Shown here in pieces: positions 1 to 13,998 of a stretch of 64,000 bases of DNA. The notes beneath the pieces were generated by a model. That model was not told the DNA's origin, ran no database searches, and saw nothing but the letters and a program-made list of their open reading frames with translations. The position numbers and the translations under genes are program-made. Origin of the DNA: Octopus sinensis (Eukaryota); assembly GCF_006345805.1 (NCBI RefSeq), contig NC_043007.1:33480001-33544000 (forward strand), in the 5' to 3' direction. Positions within the stretch are counted from its first letter, which is position 1, and each line of letters opens with the position of its first letter.

Positions 1-140
<140 letters not shown>

Positions 141-349
141 GATATGTATGTATGTCATTGTTCAGTTTTACTTCAGGTTTTCTTGCAAATAGCCAAAGAG
201 TTGGTTTCTAACGTAGGGCCAAGGCTCCTTCATTGGTTTTCCAACAACATCAACAATGTATTTTTGCATTTATGTGCATAAATGTGCAGTATTTGGAGTC
301 AATGCATGTGCAGATTTGTATGTTTTGTTTAAGTATGTATTCTCATGCA

Positions 350-488
350 TCTACCAAATCCACTCACAAGGCTTTGGTCGGCCCGGTGCTATAGTAGAAG
401 ACACTTGCCCAAGGTGCTACACAGTGGGACTGAACCCAGAACCATGTAGTTGGTAAGCAAGCTACTTACCACACAGCCACTCCTGCGC
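350..488 (-). mobile_element. SINE family A, 5' part only (tRNA head + CORE-like domain)
   Basis: Reverse complement of GCGCAGGAGTGGCTGTGTGG (A box)...GGTTCAGTCCC (B box)...CCTTGGGCAAGT; matches the full copy at 58817. Confidence 0.85.
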
Positions 489-1115
489 TTATATATATAT
501 ATATATGTAGAAAAATACAAACTGGGACAAGAACGCAAAACACTTAGAAGACGATACAAAAAACACAGACGGGACACTCGAAGCCCTCAATCTTCAGTCA
601 AGATCCGGATCATCCTCGCAACTTTGGCTGATACACGCATATGTATGTGTGTGTTTATAGAATTTACAATATAGAGAATTTACAGATAGAGAAAGAACAA
701 GAGGAAGAGCGAGGCACACATACACACATTCATGTGTGTGTTATGGCTCAAAACTGTGCAAACAAGGACAGAAAAATAGTATTAAATCTATATTACAGAG
801 TTTTAACCTTTTTAGTGTAACCCAAAAACTTTATTGTTGTTCCAAGTTACATCTTTTGTTCAGGAGTGTATGTGTATGTACATTGGCAACTGGAGCATTA
901 AGTTCACTTGTTTAATTACTACCAAGTTTACTTGTGTAATTATCAATACTAATTATACACAAGCTACACCTACTTCCTTAATAAGTGAGTCATTATCACT
1001 AATATTTTCTGATTTAAAATCGTGAAAAACCACATGACATACATGCTTGTAGTTGTATATATATAACAAAGAAATTATACAATAGAAGTAACGCTAGAGT
1101 ATACACATTAACACA

Positions 1116-1319
1116 TTTACTTGTTTCAGTCATTTGACTGCGGCCATGCTGGAGCACTGCTTTTAGTCGAGCAAATCGACCCCAGGACTTATTCTTTGTA
1201 AGCCTACTTATTCTATCGGTCTCTTTTGCAGAACCGCTAAGTTACAGGGATGTAGACACACCAGTATCAGTTGTCAAGCGATGTTGGGGGACAAACACAG
1301 AAGACAAACACAAAGACAT

Positions 1320-1384
<65 letters not shown>

Positions 1385-1556
1385 TACATATATACGATGG
1401 GCTTCTTTCAGTTTCCGTCTACAAAATCCACTCACAAGGCTTTGGTCGGCCCAGTGCTATAGTAGAAGACACTTGCCCAAGGTGCTACACAGTGGGACTG
1501 AACCCAGAACCATGTAGTTGGTAAGCAAGCTACTTACCACACAGCCACTCCTGCGC
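1116..1556 (-). mobile_element. SINE family A, full length (chimeric copy)
   Basis: tRNA head, CORE-like block, internal (TA)n/(TG)n and 3' domain ending GACTGAAACAAGTAAA. Confidence 0.9.
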
Positions 1557-2183
1557 TTATATATATATATATATGTAGAAAAATACAAACTGGGACAAGA
1601 ACGCAAAACACTTAGAAGACGATACAAAAAACACAGACGGGACACTCGAAGCCCTCAATCTTCAGTCAAGATCCGGATCATCCTCGCAACTTTGGCTGAT
1701 ACACGCATATGTATGTGTGTGTTTATAGAATTTACAATATAGAGAATTTACAGATAGAGAAAGAACAAGAGGAAGAGCGAGGCACACATACACACATTCA
1801 TGTGTGTGTTATGGCTCAAAACTGTGCAAACAAGGACAGAAAAATAGTATTAAATCTATATTACGGAGTTTTAACCTTTTTAGTGTAACCCAAAAACTTT
1901 ATTGTTGTTCCAAGTTACATCTTTTGTTCAGGAGTGTATGTGTAGTACATTGGCAACTGGAGCATTAAGTTCACTTGTTTAATTACTACCAAGTTTACTT
2001 GTGTAATTATCAATACTAATTATACACAAGCTACACCTACTTCCTTAATAAGTGAGTCATTATCACTAATATTTTCTGATTTAAAATCGTGAAAAACCAC
2101 ATGACATACATGCTTGTAGTTGTATATATATAACAAAGAAATTATACAATAGAAGAAACCCTAGAGTATACACATTAACACAT

Positions 2184-2380
2184 TTACTTGTTTCAGTCAT
2201 TTGACTGCGGCCATGCTGGAGCACTGCTTTTAGTCGAGCAAATCGACCCCAGGACTTATTCTTTGTAAGCCTACTTATTCTATCGGTCTCTTTTGCAGAA
2301 CCGCTAAGTTACAGGGATGTAGACACACCAGTATCGGTTGTCAAGCGATGTTGGGGGACAAACACAGAAGACAAACACAA

Positions 2381-2423
<43 letters not shown>

Positions 2424-2434
2424 ATATATATATA

Positions 2435-2503
<69 letters not shown>

Positions 2504-2686
2504 TATATATATGCATACATATATACGATGGGCTTCTTTCAGTTTCCGTCTACAAAATCCACTCACAAGGCTTTGGTCGGCCCAGTGCTATAGTAGAAGA
2601 CACTTGCCCAAGGTGCTACATAGTGGGACTGAACCCAGAACCATGTAGTTGGTAATCAAGCTACTTACCACACAGCCACTCCAGCA
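2184..2686 (-). mobile_element. SINE family A, full length
   Basis: Same architecture as 1116-1556. Confidence 0.9.
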
Positions 2687-3699
2687 TCTATATATATATA
2701 TATAACACAATTATATGTGTATAAATAATAAAGTACTTATCATAACTAAAGTGTATGGAACAGTTATGTAGAGTGTATGTATGTGTGTATGGGTGTGTGT
2801 TTGTATGTGGTATACGTATTGTATGTTTGCATGCATAAGTATGTTCATGTGGCTTTCTGCATTGTGTCGTACCGTAACCAATTCAACCTAACATACCAAG
2901 TTAGGAAAACTGGCATCAAAACAACAGGAATGGCAAAACCTCATCAGCAACAAGAATTATAAACAAGGAGGAGAATATATATATATTCATTGCCTGAAGG
3001 GTATATTTTATATTTTACAGTTGATTTATTTATTGATAAGCATATCTGAGCTCTAGCATACATGCAGATCACTTTCTAGGTAATATACTAGCTAAAAGAT
3101 ATCACTCTCTTTCTCTCTCTTTCTCTCTCTTTGTCAGTATATGTTTGCATGCTTTCTTATTTTCGTTGTTTATGTTTTACTCCTCATTTTCTTCAATCAT
3201 CTCAAATGCTTACTGAGTCATAGAACTGAAAGAGCCTATCAGAGCTTCCGTTACATTAAGCATTAAGTTAACAGGAAATATATATATCGCTGTTGCTGTG
3301 ACATAACCCGAAGTCAGATCTGATTGAGCAAACTTAATGACGTGCAGATAATCAGCTGAATGAGTATATAAGGTTCAATGCCCTGGTGTTCTACTCTGGC
3401 AGATCTATCACCGTAGGGTCCCAACCATGATCATCCCATCTTATTTTCAGAAAATATGTTTGGAACTATATTATACAATGTATAATTTTTAAAAATTCTA
3501 CGGGGACAAGGTTTTGGTTTAAATAAAATATAGGATCAGGATCTGGGGTTTAACATAATATAGAGTCAGAGGTAATTGAAATACAGTGTTGGCTGTAAAT
3601 GTAAGGTATTTATATATGTGACTCATTGCTGGACTCAAGAAGACCTATCCACCATAGCAGAATTGAGAACCTAGAACCTAAAGTCATATAAAAAGCATT

Positions 3700-4253
3700 G
3701 ATGTGCGTGCTGTTGCCAAATAAAAAGCATTTGTGTTGGGGCTGGTGCCATGTAAAAAGCACTTGTGTTGCTCCCACATAAAAGGCATTGGTGATGGTGT
3801 CACAGAAAAAGCACTATTTCTTTATTACCCACAAGGGGCTAAACATAGAGGGGACAAACAAGGACAGACATAGGTATTAAGTCGATTACATCGACCCCAG
3901 TGTGTAACTGGTACTTAATTTATCGACCCCGAAATGATGAAAGGTAAAGTCGACCTCGGCGGAATTTGAACTCACAACGTAATGGCAGACGAAATACCGC
4001 TAAGCATTTCGCCCGACGTGCTAACGTTTCTGCCAGCTCCCCGCCTAGAAAAAGCACTAGTGTCAGTGCCACGTAAAAAGCACCCAGTACATTCTGTAAA
4101 TCAGATGGGATTAGGAAGGGCATCCAACTGTAGAAACTAAACCAAGACAGACTATGGAACTTGGTGTGACCCCTGGCTTTGCCAGTTCCTATCAAACCAA
4201 CCAACCCATGCCAACAGAGAAAACAGACATTAAATGTAGATGATGATAATGAT
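3700..4253 (+). mobile_element. Old RTE LINE 3' end, interrupted by a SINE
   Basis: Repeats of GGTGCCAYGTAAAAAGCAC, then TTAGGAAGGGCATCCA...AACCCATGC and a (GAT)n tail shared with 51411-54039. Confidence 0.75.
3817..4046 (-). mobile_element. SINE family B with 13-bp target-site duplication (TSD)
   Basis: Head GGCGGGGAGCTGGCAGAAACG, GAGTTCAAATTCC B box and GTCGACTTTACCTTTCATC domain (Deu/Nin-like, from memory); AGAAAAAGCACTA at 3804-3816 and 4047-4059. Confidence 0.85.
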
Positions 4254-4538
4254 GGTCAAATATATGGTCAGTGGTAAGTTAATACAAGCTCTATACTTAG
4301 TATTATATAAGCTCAATGGTAAGGGACTATAGGGTTGTTAGTTTTTGTTGTTGTTTAACCTCAGGTTAGAGTATAATGTGAGGGATATTTTTGCTACTGT
4401 TTTTAGTGAGTTATGCAATCAAGGAAGGAATCATTCATTAGTTCATTTAGACCTGGAATGTAATTTGGTGTTGATGAACAAGAGAGGAGGACAAATGACT
4501 GAAAAAAGTAAAAGAATAAAAGAATATACAGATACATA

Positions 4539-4569
<31 letters not shown>

Positions 4570-4645
4570 GTATATGTGACCTCGTGAGTACCGCTGGCGA
4601 TTTTTTTCCTCTGTCTTCCCTTCTCGGGATCTTTCCTTCTCCTAT

Positions 4646-4680
4646 GTTTCCGACGAAGAGCTCCGCTCGAAACGTTAAAC
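4646..4680 (+). ncRNA. Minimal type I hammerhead-like motif (U4C variant) in a PLE pLTR-like remnant
   Basis: GTTT-CCGACGA-A-GAGC(TCC)GCTC-GAAAC-GTT-AAAC; stem I GTTT/AAAC; palindromic ACGT stem III. Confidence 0.6.
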
Positions 4681-4774
4681 CCTCCTTCTTCCCTTCTTTC
4701 CTGAGCGTCCAATAATACTTTATTTGTTCCACGTCCTCGCGTTGTTGTGTTTTTTTGTGTTTTCTTGTTTGGAT

Positions 4775-4817
<43 letters not shown>

Positions 4818-4911
4818 ATTAATAATATCAGGGTAATAAAGATTGTAGAAATTTTTACTACCAGTGGCCTAGCATATAGAAAGATTAGTCAATAGATTAT
4901 ATATTATTCAT

Positions 4912-4999
4912 ATAAAATACAGTATACATTTAAACACATTAAGAGGTATCCATCAGAGTCCTATGATGGATACTTCTTAATGTGTTTAAATGTACACTG

Positions 5000-5008
<9 letters not shown>
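4912..5008. repeat. Fold-back inverted repeat next to (TA)n
   Basis: ACATTTAAACACATTAAGAGGTATCCATCA / TGATGGATACTTCTTAATGTGTTTAAATGT. Confidence 0.85.
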
Positions 5009-5040
<32 letters not shown>

Positions 5041-5209
5041 TATATATATATATATGTACATAAATAAGCAGATAAATAGAAAAATATATCTAAAATGGTT
5101 AAAATAAAACAAAATTTGTGTACTAGTTTAAAGCATGGTGATGCTAAAATAGATGCAAGATGAGAAATGTCGCAGAATTCATTAACCAATAAATTATTCA
5201 AAAATGTGT

Positions 5210-5211
5210 AT

Positions 5212-5257
<46 letters not shown>

Positions 5258-5340
5258 ATGTGCGTGTGTATGTGTGTGCATGCACACACACATATACGAT
5301 AGACAGATAGACAGACAGACAGACAGATAGACAGATAGAC

Positions 5341-5402
<62 letters not shown>

Positions 5403-5557
5403 GGAGAGAGAGAGAGAGAGAGATAAATATAGATAAATAGATAGATAGATTGATAGATAGACAGATAGATAGAGAGAGGGAGAGAGAGATAGAGAGATAA
5501 ATATAGATAAATAGATAGATAGATAGATTGATAGATAGCTAGATAGATAGATAGACT

Positions 5558-5606
<49 letters not shown>

Positions 5607-5611
5607 ATAAT

Positions 5612-5699
<88 letters not shown>

Positions 5700-5700
5700 G
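5210..5700. repeat. Compound (TG)n/(GATA)n/(GACA)n/(GA)n microsatellite
   Basis: Direct reading. Confidence 0.95.
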
Positions 5701-5797
5701 GTATGTGTGTTTGTGTAGGCACGTGTATATATTTTTACATGCAGAGGAATGTATGTGTGTCCACCATATTCTCTTGTTAACCCGCTCTCACATATTT

Positions 5798-5839
<42 letters not shown>

Positions 5840-6400
5840 TCTGCTCTTGATTTCTTTTTCTCTATGTCTTTTATATCTCTAATCTGTCTGTCTCAAGTAC
5901 CATCAATCATTATTTCTCTCTCCCTCACTCTCGTTTTCCTTTTTGTACTTTGGCTCACTTTTTGTCTCACCCCATCTCAATCTCATGAACCAATTCACCC
6001 TTTCAGTTTTTGTTATCTCTACATTTTTTCACTTATTCTATTTCTTCTGCTTATATACATACAGACACACAAGTACGCATGCACGCATACACACACAAGC
6101 ACACACACATGCATGCTTACATATATACATATATACATACCTACACAAACACACATACATATATATACATACATTATATGTGTGTGTGTATATATACACA
6201 CGCAAGCACATATATGCTTATATACATTGCTATACATAGACATGTATGTACTACACAGCGTAGTAGGGTCAGTTGGGCACCACCTTGAGAAAAACAGCTT
6301 TTGTTATATTTCTGCTGCTTTATAAAAAAAGCATATTACTCTACCTTTGGTATTTGAGTACTCTTTTTTCAACCTTGTTACACATTTATGTGCTTACTCT

Positions 6401-6445
<45 letters not shown>

Positions 6446-6599
6446 TATATTATATATATATATATATACAGCAGTGAATTTTTTTATGCTATTTCTGCTC
6501 TTTAAAAGTTTAGAAATTAAAACCAAATTCTAGAGCAATATTGTTTTAACATATTTACATAATTACAGTACCGTTCAACAGCACAACTGATCTTAATAT

Positions 6600-6651
6600 T
6601 ACTATCACTATCACCATCATCATTATCATCCTCATCACCATTATCATTACA

Positions 6652-6702
<51 letters not shown>

Positions 6703-6715
6703 GCTGCTGCTGCTA

Positions 6716-6747
<32 letters not shown>

Positions 6748-6787
6748 GCTGCTGCTACTACTACTACTACTACTACTACTACTGCTG

Positions 6788-6818
<31 letters not shown>

Positions 6819-6820
6819 CA

Positions 6821-6864
<44 letters not shown>

Positions 6865-6872
6865 GCTACTAC
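6600..6872. repeat. (ACT)n/(GCT)n trinucleotide repeat
   Basis: Direct reading. Confidence 0.95.
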
Positions 6873-7499
6873 AATTTGGTGGGTGGCACAGTGTGAAAAT
6901 GTGTTTTCACTGAACTGATTTAGTAATGAAGGCCAAGGCTGTAATAAATAGGCTTCAAGTTCCGGCCGGAACCATTTAAAATGCTTCAGTATAGATATGA
7001 ATGCCTTTTACAAAAGACATTGGCTTAGCAAAATCACTGCAACCTTCAACTAAAGGCTAATGTTTTTTTGCAGCTGTTTGTGACATGTTATTATTAGTAT
7101 TCCATTATGCACTTTGGTTGGATTAGCGCTTAACTGTGTCTGTCTTTTTCGCTATCATTATCTTTTATCTTTTTACTTGTTTCAGTCATTGCACTGTGGC
7201 CATGCTGGGGCACTGCCTTGAGAGGTTTCATCAGACAAATTGATTACAATATTTGGTCTTCTTTTTAAAACCGGGTGCTTTTCTATTGATCTCTTAGGCT
7301 GAACTGCTAAGTCATGGGGATGTAAACAAACCAGTGCCAGTTGTCGAGCAGTCCTCCTCCTCCTCCTCATCATCATCATCACCATAATCATCATCATTCT
7401 TAGTGCTTGGGCAAAAAACTCAGTCTAAGCTCTAAAACTGAGACATCGTCAGGTGAAAGTTTTAGTTTAGATATAAATCTATGAAGTGAATTCCGTCAG

Positions 7500-7900
7500 A
7501 AATCATAACAGAAATGTTATGGTTTATACAGAAGGTGGAACATGTAAAGATTCCCATTTGGTGTACGCTGCAGAATGCACGAAACACAACTTAATTTATG
7601 TTTGTTGCATAACAGAACAATTAAACAAACAGAACAATTAAAAAAATTGGCACAGATTTGACATCAGGCACAATAACAGTAGTTTGATAGAAGTTGCTGA
7701 ACATTTCGTTTCAAGTGGCTGCAATTTTGAAGAAGACTTGAAAATGCATATTCTTGGAAAATATTCTGAATCTGCTTCATTTCTCAGATTGTATGAGGAG
7801 AAAGTATGTTTGCGGGTTATTAACATCACGCCCTGGAGGAATGAATAAGATGACAGGAGAATATCATCAAATTTATACAAAACTGTTTGATGAAATATTC
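7500..7900 (+). pseudogene. Decayed PLE GIY-YIG endonuclease (Cys/His-containing type)
   Basis: Manual translation: GGTCKDSHLVYAAECTKHNLIYV..TEQLNK / HRFDI..VAEHF..GCNFEEDLKMHIL..LRLYEEK / YVCGLLTSRPGGMN, with stops and frameshifts. Confidence 0.8.
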
Positions 7901-8081
7901 TTCTTTCTCTCTTTTTCTTTCCTTTTCTTCTGTCATCTTTTTCTTTTTCTGTTTTGTTTGTTTTTCTTTTCACCTATTATAAAATTGTAACTTAAATTCA
8001 AGATCATTTTGATTACCAAAGGTATGAGCTGTCTCCCATCTGTTGTTCTCTAGTCTTACTGGCACAAACTGAGAATAGCTC

Positions 8082-8085
<4 letters not shown>

Positions 8086-8153
<68 letters not shown>

Positions 8154-8158
8154 TTATG

Positions 8159-8220
<62 letters not shown>

Positions 8221-8221
8221 G

Positions 8222-8283
<62 letters not shown>

Positions 8284-8683
8284 CCTTTCTTCTATAGGTA
8301 CAAGGCCTGAAATTTGGTGGGTGGGGAAAAGTTGATTACATTGACATCAGTATTCAGCAAGTAATTATTTTATTGTCCCCAAAGGGATGAAAGGCAAAGT
8401 CTGCCTCAGCAGAATCTGAACTCAGACAAAATACCGCTAATCCCAAGGGATTCAGCAAGCTCGCCACCTTAATGATAATAATAATAATAATAATGATGAT
8501 GAGCATCACAACAAACCACAGCACATACCCAAAGCACACAGAGCTGTGCTCGGTAGTGCAGTGAAAGTACATGATAAAAATAAGACTACTGAATAATAAT
8601 GATAATAACAGTGATAGTAATAATAATAATAATAATAATGATAATAATAATAATAATATAATAATAATAATAATAATAATAGC

Positions 8684-8728
<45 letters not shown>

Positions 8729-8810
8729 TAATAATAATAATATAATAATAATAATGATAATAATAATAATAATAATAATAATGATAATAATAATAATAAT
8801 AATAATAATA

Positions 8811-8892
<82 letters not shown>

Positions 8893-8935
8893 TAATAATA
8901 ATAATAATAATAATAACAACAACAAAAGTAACACT
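8086..8935. repeat. (AAT)n microsatellites flanking a decayed family B SINE (~8285-8470, minus)
   Basis: Direct reading. Confidence 0.9.
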
Positions 8936-9177
8936 AGAAATAACAAAAGGAAACCCTACAGTGGTGCAAAGTGATTGTAGCATAGAAACACAATCTTACA
9001 CACCCCAAAGGAGAAAGTCTGTTACACACATCAGTACCTCAAGAATGTAGATGTGCACCTGTTGGTGCGTTGGAAGTTCTCATGAAACTGTTACACACAC
9101 ACACACACACATACACACACACACACAACACACACACACACACGCGTGCATATGTGATGACAACAAAGATAAAAATA

Positions 9178-9628
9178 CAATGATGAAGGCCATGGTAGCC
9201 GTGATGATGATGATGATGACAATGAAGATGATGACGGGGTTTGTCATAATGATGATGATGATGATGATGATAACTAAGATGATGACGGGTTTGTCATAAT
9301 TATGATGATGATGATGACAATGACATGGTTACTGATGATGATGATGGGGAGAAGGAGGAGGAAGAGGAGGAGAATGAAATGACAGTGTTAGTGAAAATGA
9401 CAGGGTTAATGATGATGTTGTTGTTAATGTTGACAGTGACGATGATGATGATGATGCTACTGACACTTCTGCTACTCATGATGAGGATGACGATGACAAC
9501 AATGAACATGATGACAACGAGTTAATGATAATGATGATGATGATGATGTGGTAGTGATCATGATGAATTAATGGCGATGATGATGATGATGATGATGATG
9601 ACATTGATGGTGATGATGGTGATGATGG

Positions 9629-9670
<42 letters not shown>

Positions 9671-9812
9671 CAGTGATGATAATAACGATGATGGGGTTAA
9701 TGGTGGTGATGATGATAATGATGATGATGGAGAAAGGACAACAGTGACGATGATGTTTATGATGAAAGAATTATGATTATGATGATAAAGACAACGATGA
9801 TGATGATAATGC
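9178..9812. repeat. Degenerate (GAT)n low-complexity tract
   Basis: Direct reading. Confidence 0.9.
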
Positions 9813-10150
9813 AGATTTTTAATAATAACCGTTGAATCATTTCTCTCTTCTGGCAACAACATAAAAAAATATTTTATATCAAGCTAAGTTAATTTTCAGT
9901 TGAATTTTTTTTTAAATTGCAAATAATTACAAGCTTTATAATTTTTTGTTATTACATTTATTGTTGTTATTGTCGTTGCGATTGTTATTGTTGTTGTTGT
10001 TGTTTTCAAACTTTAAGGTAATGCATATGTAAATAACATTTCTCTGCTGCTAACTTCCCGCATGGAATTTAATATAAATTTAATATACGTTTTCATTTCA
10101 ATTTTAACAAATTTGATATCAAGTATGGTTTTTGTTTTTTTATAAGTGAG

Positions 10151-10181
<31 letters not shown>

Positions 10182-10343
10182 TTGTGTATGCACACATATA
10201 TACACACACACACATGTATACATACAGACCTAATAGATAATCTAATATACTTATATAATGTAATCTAATTTACATGCAAGGATATGCACACAAAATTCAC
10301 TTAAGGAATTCAAATATCAAAATAAATATCAATTTAGCCTCTG

Positions 10344-10390
<47 letters not shown>

Positions 10391-10516
10391 TATATAGTAT
10401 ATGTATAGAGAGAGAGAGAGAGAGGTGTGTATATATACATATATACAAAAGTAAATAAAGTCCATGTGTGTATGTATTTGGTAGAACAACCAGAAGGAAA
10501 GTGAACTCAATACAAC

Positions 10517-11175
10517 ATCACCATCTTCATTTAATGACCATTTTCCATTCTGGCATGCATTGGATGGTTTGACCAGAGCTGGCAAACTGAAGAGCTGCAC
10601 CAGGTTCCAGTCTGGTTTAATCATGGTTTCTATGGCTAAATGCCCTTCCTAATGTCAACCATTTTACTAGGTGCTTTTGCGTGGCACCACATGAGCACTA
10701 TTTTATGGGACCAGCATGAGGGCTTTTTACATTACACCAATGCAGGATTCTTATTTCTTTATTGCCCACAAGGGGCTAAACATAGAGGAGACAAACAAAG
10801 ACAGACAAAAGTATTAAGTCGATTACATTGACCCCAGTGTGTAGCTGGTACTTAATTTATTGACCCCGAAACGATGAACGGCAAAGTCGACCTCAGCGGA
10901 ATTTGATCTCAGAACGTAATGGTAGACAAAATACCGCTAAGCATTTCACCTGACATGCTAACGATTCTGCCAGCTCACTGCCTTCTCACCACCACAAGAT
11001 TCTTGTATGCCAATGCTCTTCATCTGGATGAGCAGCTTTAACACTTTTACTGTGGAGTACAAGTATTCTTGAGTATAGCAAGGGGCCAGGTATCTTGATC
11101 CTTTGTTTCAGAGTCCTGAGGTTGTCCTTCAGTACTTTATCCCATATCTTCCAAGGTCTCACTCCTCTACTTTAA
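10517..11175 (-). mobile_element. Older 5'-truncated RTE LINE with a nested family B SINE (~10748-10984)
   Basis: Minus strand reads RGVRPWKIWDKVLKDNLRTLK, homologous to RGRPRKTWDEVVKHDLRTL near 53300; shared 3' tail at 10517-10660. Confidence 0.7.
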
Positions 11176-11872
11176 GTGAAAGAAAATTTCAATAGTGAAT
11201 CTTAATATATAAATGTGTATATGAACACATTTGTGTGTGTGTGCGTGCGTGTGCAGGCATGCACATATGCATACATATGTGTGTTTGCATTTCATTTTCT
11301 CATAATCCTACTGTCTATTTAAAAAGCTGATCATTTGAGATCTCTAGTTTCCATGTGACTCTTTGAAAATAATTGCATTCCAGCAAGAATTGTGATATGC
11401 CAGCATCAAAAACAGACATTAAATGATGATGATGATTATATAAGAAACAATATTCATATCCCAAGATCCACTTTTCGAAATTTTTCCCAATTAAAGAATT
11501 TTAAAAAAAGCACAGGTGTGGCTCTGCAATGAGAATTTTGCTTCCTAAACCACAAAGTTCCAAGCTCAGTTCCACTGAATAGTATCATGGGCAAGTGTTT
11601 TCTACAATAGCCCTAGGCCAACCAAAGCCTCGTGAGTAGATTTAGCTGGGGGTACCACTTTGAAATGTTTTAATTAAACAATTCAATCCTAAGTGGGATA
11701 CTTATTCTATTGGTCGCTTTTTGCTGAACCACTATGTTTTGGGGACCTTACACCAGTTGTCAACTGGTAGGTTGGGAGACAATCACAAAGACAAACACAC
11801 ACATAAATACACACAAAGACACATACATTTATATACACACAACTAGTCATATATGAATATGTATATATATAT

Positions 11873-12060
<188 letters not shown>

Positions 12061-12329
12061 ATCATCATCATTATATGTATCTATGTGTGTGCTTGTCATT
12101 GAGTTTCCCTACCCATATCTTCTGACAACTGGTGTGATGTCCTCATAACTTAGTGGTTCAGCAAAAGGGACTAACAGTACAAGTACCATGCTTAAAAAGA
12201 GTAAGGTGCTGGGGTCAATTTATTTGACTGAAACCCTTGAGATGAGTGCACCGGTATGGTAGCAATCCAATGATTGACACAAGTAAAAGAATATATTCTC
12301 ATGTATTGAATTTTGTTGTTCTAGTAAAT

Positions 12330-12365
<36 letters not shown>

Positions 12366-13347
12366 ATACACACATACACACATACACACACACACACAAA
12401 GAAACATACACATAAATGCATATGTCCCGTTATTATGTTTGCACAAATGTATGGATATATGAGGGTGCATTGGAAAATATGTATGTAATTGTATTTCCAT
12501 AGACATAACATGCATACATGTAAATATATATATATATATATATACATACATATATATACATATATATATTTTTTTTTACATGTATACATGTAAATATATA
12601 TATTATATATATATATATATATATAAACTCATAAAAATGTATGTAAGTGTGTGTGTGTGTGTACATATACTTAGTACTGAAAGAAGAATTAATATAATTG
12701 TTGGAAACTGAAAACTTCCCAAATCATTAATCTGGATTTCTTGCGTCTGATCTTTAGTTGATTGTAATCATTAAAATAGCGGATTCAAGTATATAATAAA
12801 GCAAGCAGATTATATTTGAGTCTCATTATAAATTTTGATTTGGGTACTGAAAAAAGAAACTTTTAGATTTAATTCATGGAAATAAAGTAGTTCCCATTCG
12901 GAAATATCACTGGGAGAAATGATTAGGAAGCTGGTGGAGTTTGAGGAAATTAAAATATAGATGTAGAAAAGGAAAACAGAAAGGTAACAAAAAGGTATAA
13001 TGATAAGTTATTGCAAGGATTGCGTGTCTGTTATAAAATTGCATATTTAGGGATAAGCATTCGAATATATGTTTGTGAGGATGCAGGCAAAATATAAAAT
13101 GAAATTGCATGAAGCATTCTGGTAGGGTAAAAGAAAGCTAAAAATGATGGGTTCTTTTTTTTTTTTAAGGGAAATTTTTCAATTATAAGAAGAAACATAA
13201 CAATGATGGTTGCAAGATCAAACGGCTTCTATTATTACAAAAGGTTTTGGTATTATCAACGTGGAGGTTGGGGGAGGCATGTAATGGAATGATAGGTACA
13301 TAGGAGCATGTTGATAGATGTTCAGATCTTGCCTTCAAACTATCAGA

Positions 13348-13533
13348 GTTTTTTGGAGATGTTGACGAGATTCTTAAAGAAATCATGTGAACATTCAAAC
13401 CAAAGAATTCTTGAGATGCCTTCATTCGATATAACATCTATGTTATTTGGGACCATGAAGGCATCTCAAAAATTCTTTGGTTTGAACGTTCACATGATTT
13501 CTTTAAGAATCTCGTCAACATCTCCAAAAAACT
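13348..13533. repeat. Fold-back inverted repeat, ~77-bp arms
   Basis: AGTTTTTTGGAGATGTTGACGAG...GAGATGCCTTCAT / ATGAAGGCATCTC...CTCGTCAACATCTCCAAAAAACT. Confidence 0.9.
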
Positions 13534-13998
13534 AATCAAAATTCTAAATGGTTAAACTTTTCACTTAAAAGTGTTATTTCTGACTTATTTCTAAAAAATA
13601 TTCTGTGGTTTATAACGCTTGGGGGTGAAATAGGGACATGTTGATCTAACAATGGAAAGATTGCTATTTCCAATGTATTATCGATGTTGTTTGATAGTGT
13701 TTGACCTTGTGCAATAAATCCTTTCTTAGTATGAATCCCTAAAGAGAGAACTAAGAGATTCGTCAACCAAAAGGGCCATGATTTCAGCTGATTTGCATCT
13801 CTTTCAGATTTACTGTAGCCAAAACAACACATGCTATTTCAGTCAGACTATTTATATAGGATTTTAGTTAAGTTCGTACTTTAAATGAGTTCATATGTCA
13901 TAGGGGACTGTCCTGTCATCCATGAAAATCATTGCATTGATGAGATAAAAGAAAATAAAAAAAGATGTTTGGTTTAAAAATAACACTTTTTTTTCCCC

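Larger units (their letters stand above)
350..2686. repeat. Tandem duplication, ~1.07-1.13 kb unit bounded by SINEs
   Basis: ORFs 450..674 and 1518..1742 are identical (offset 1068); the unique spacers are nearly identical. Confidence 0.9.

Noticed and set aside
4842-4853. AATTTCTAC resembling a Cas12a direct repeat (minus strand)
   Set aside because: Short AT-rich coincidence with no array and no matching GTAGA stem.
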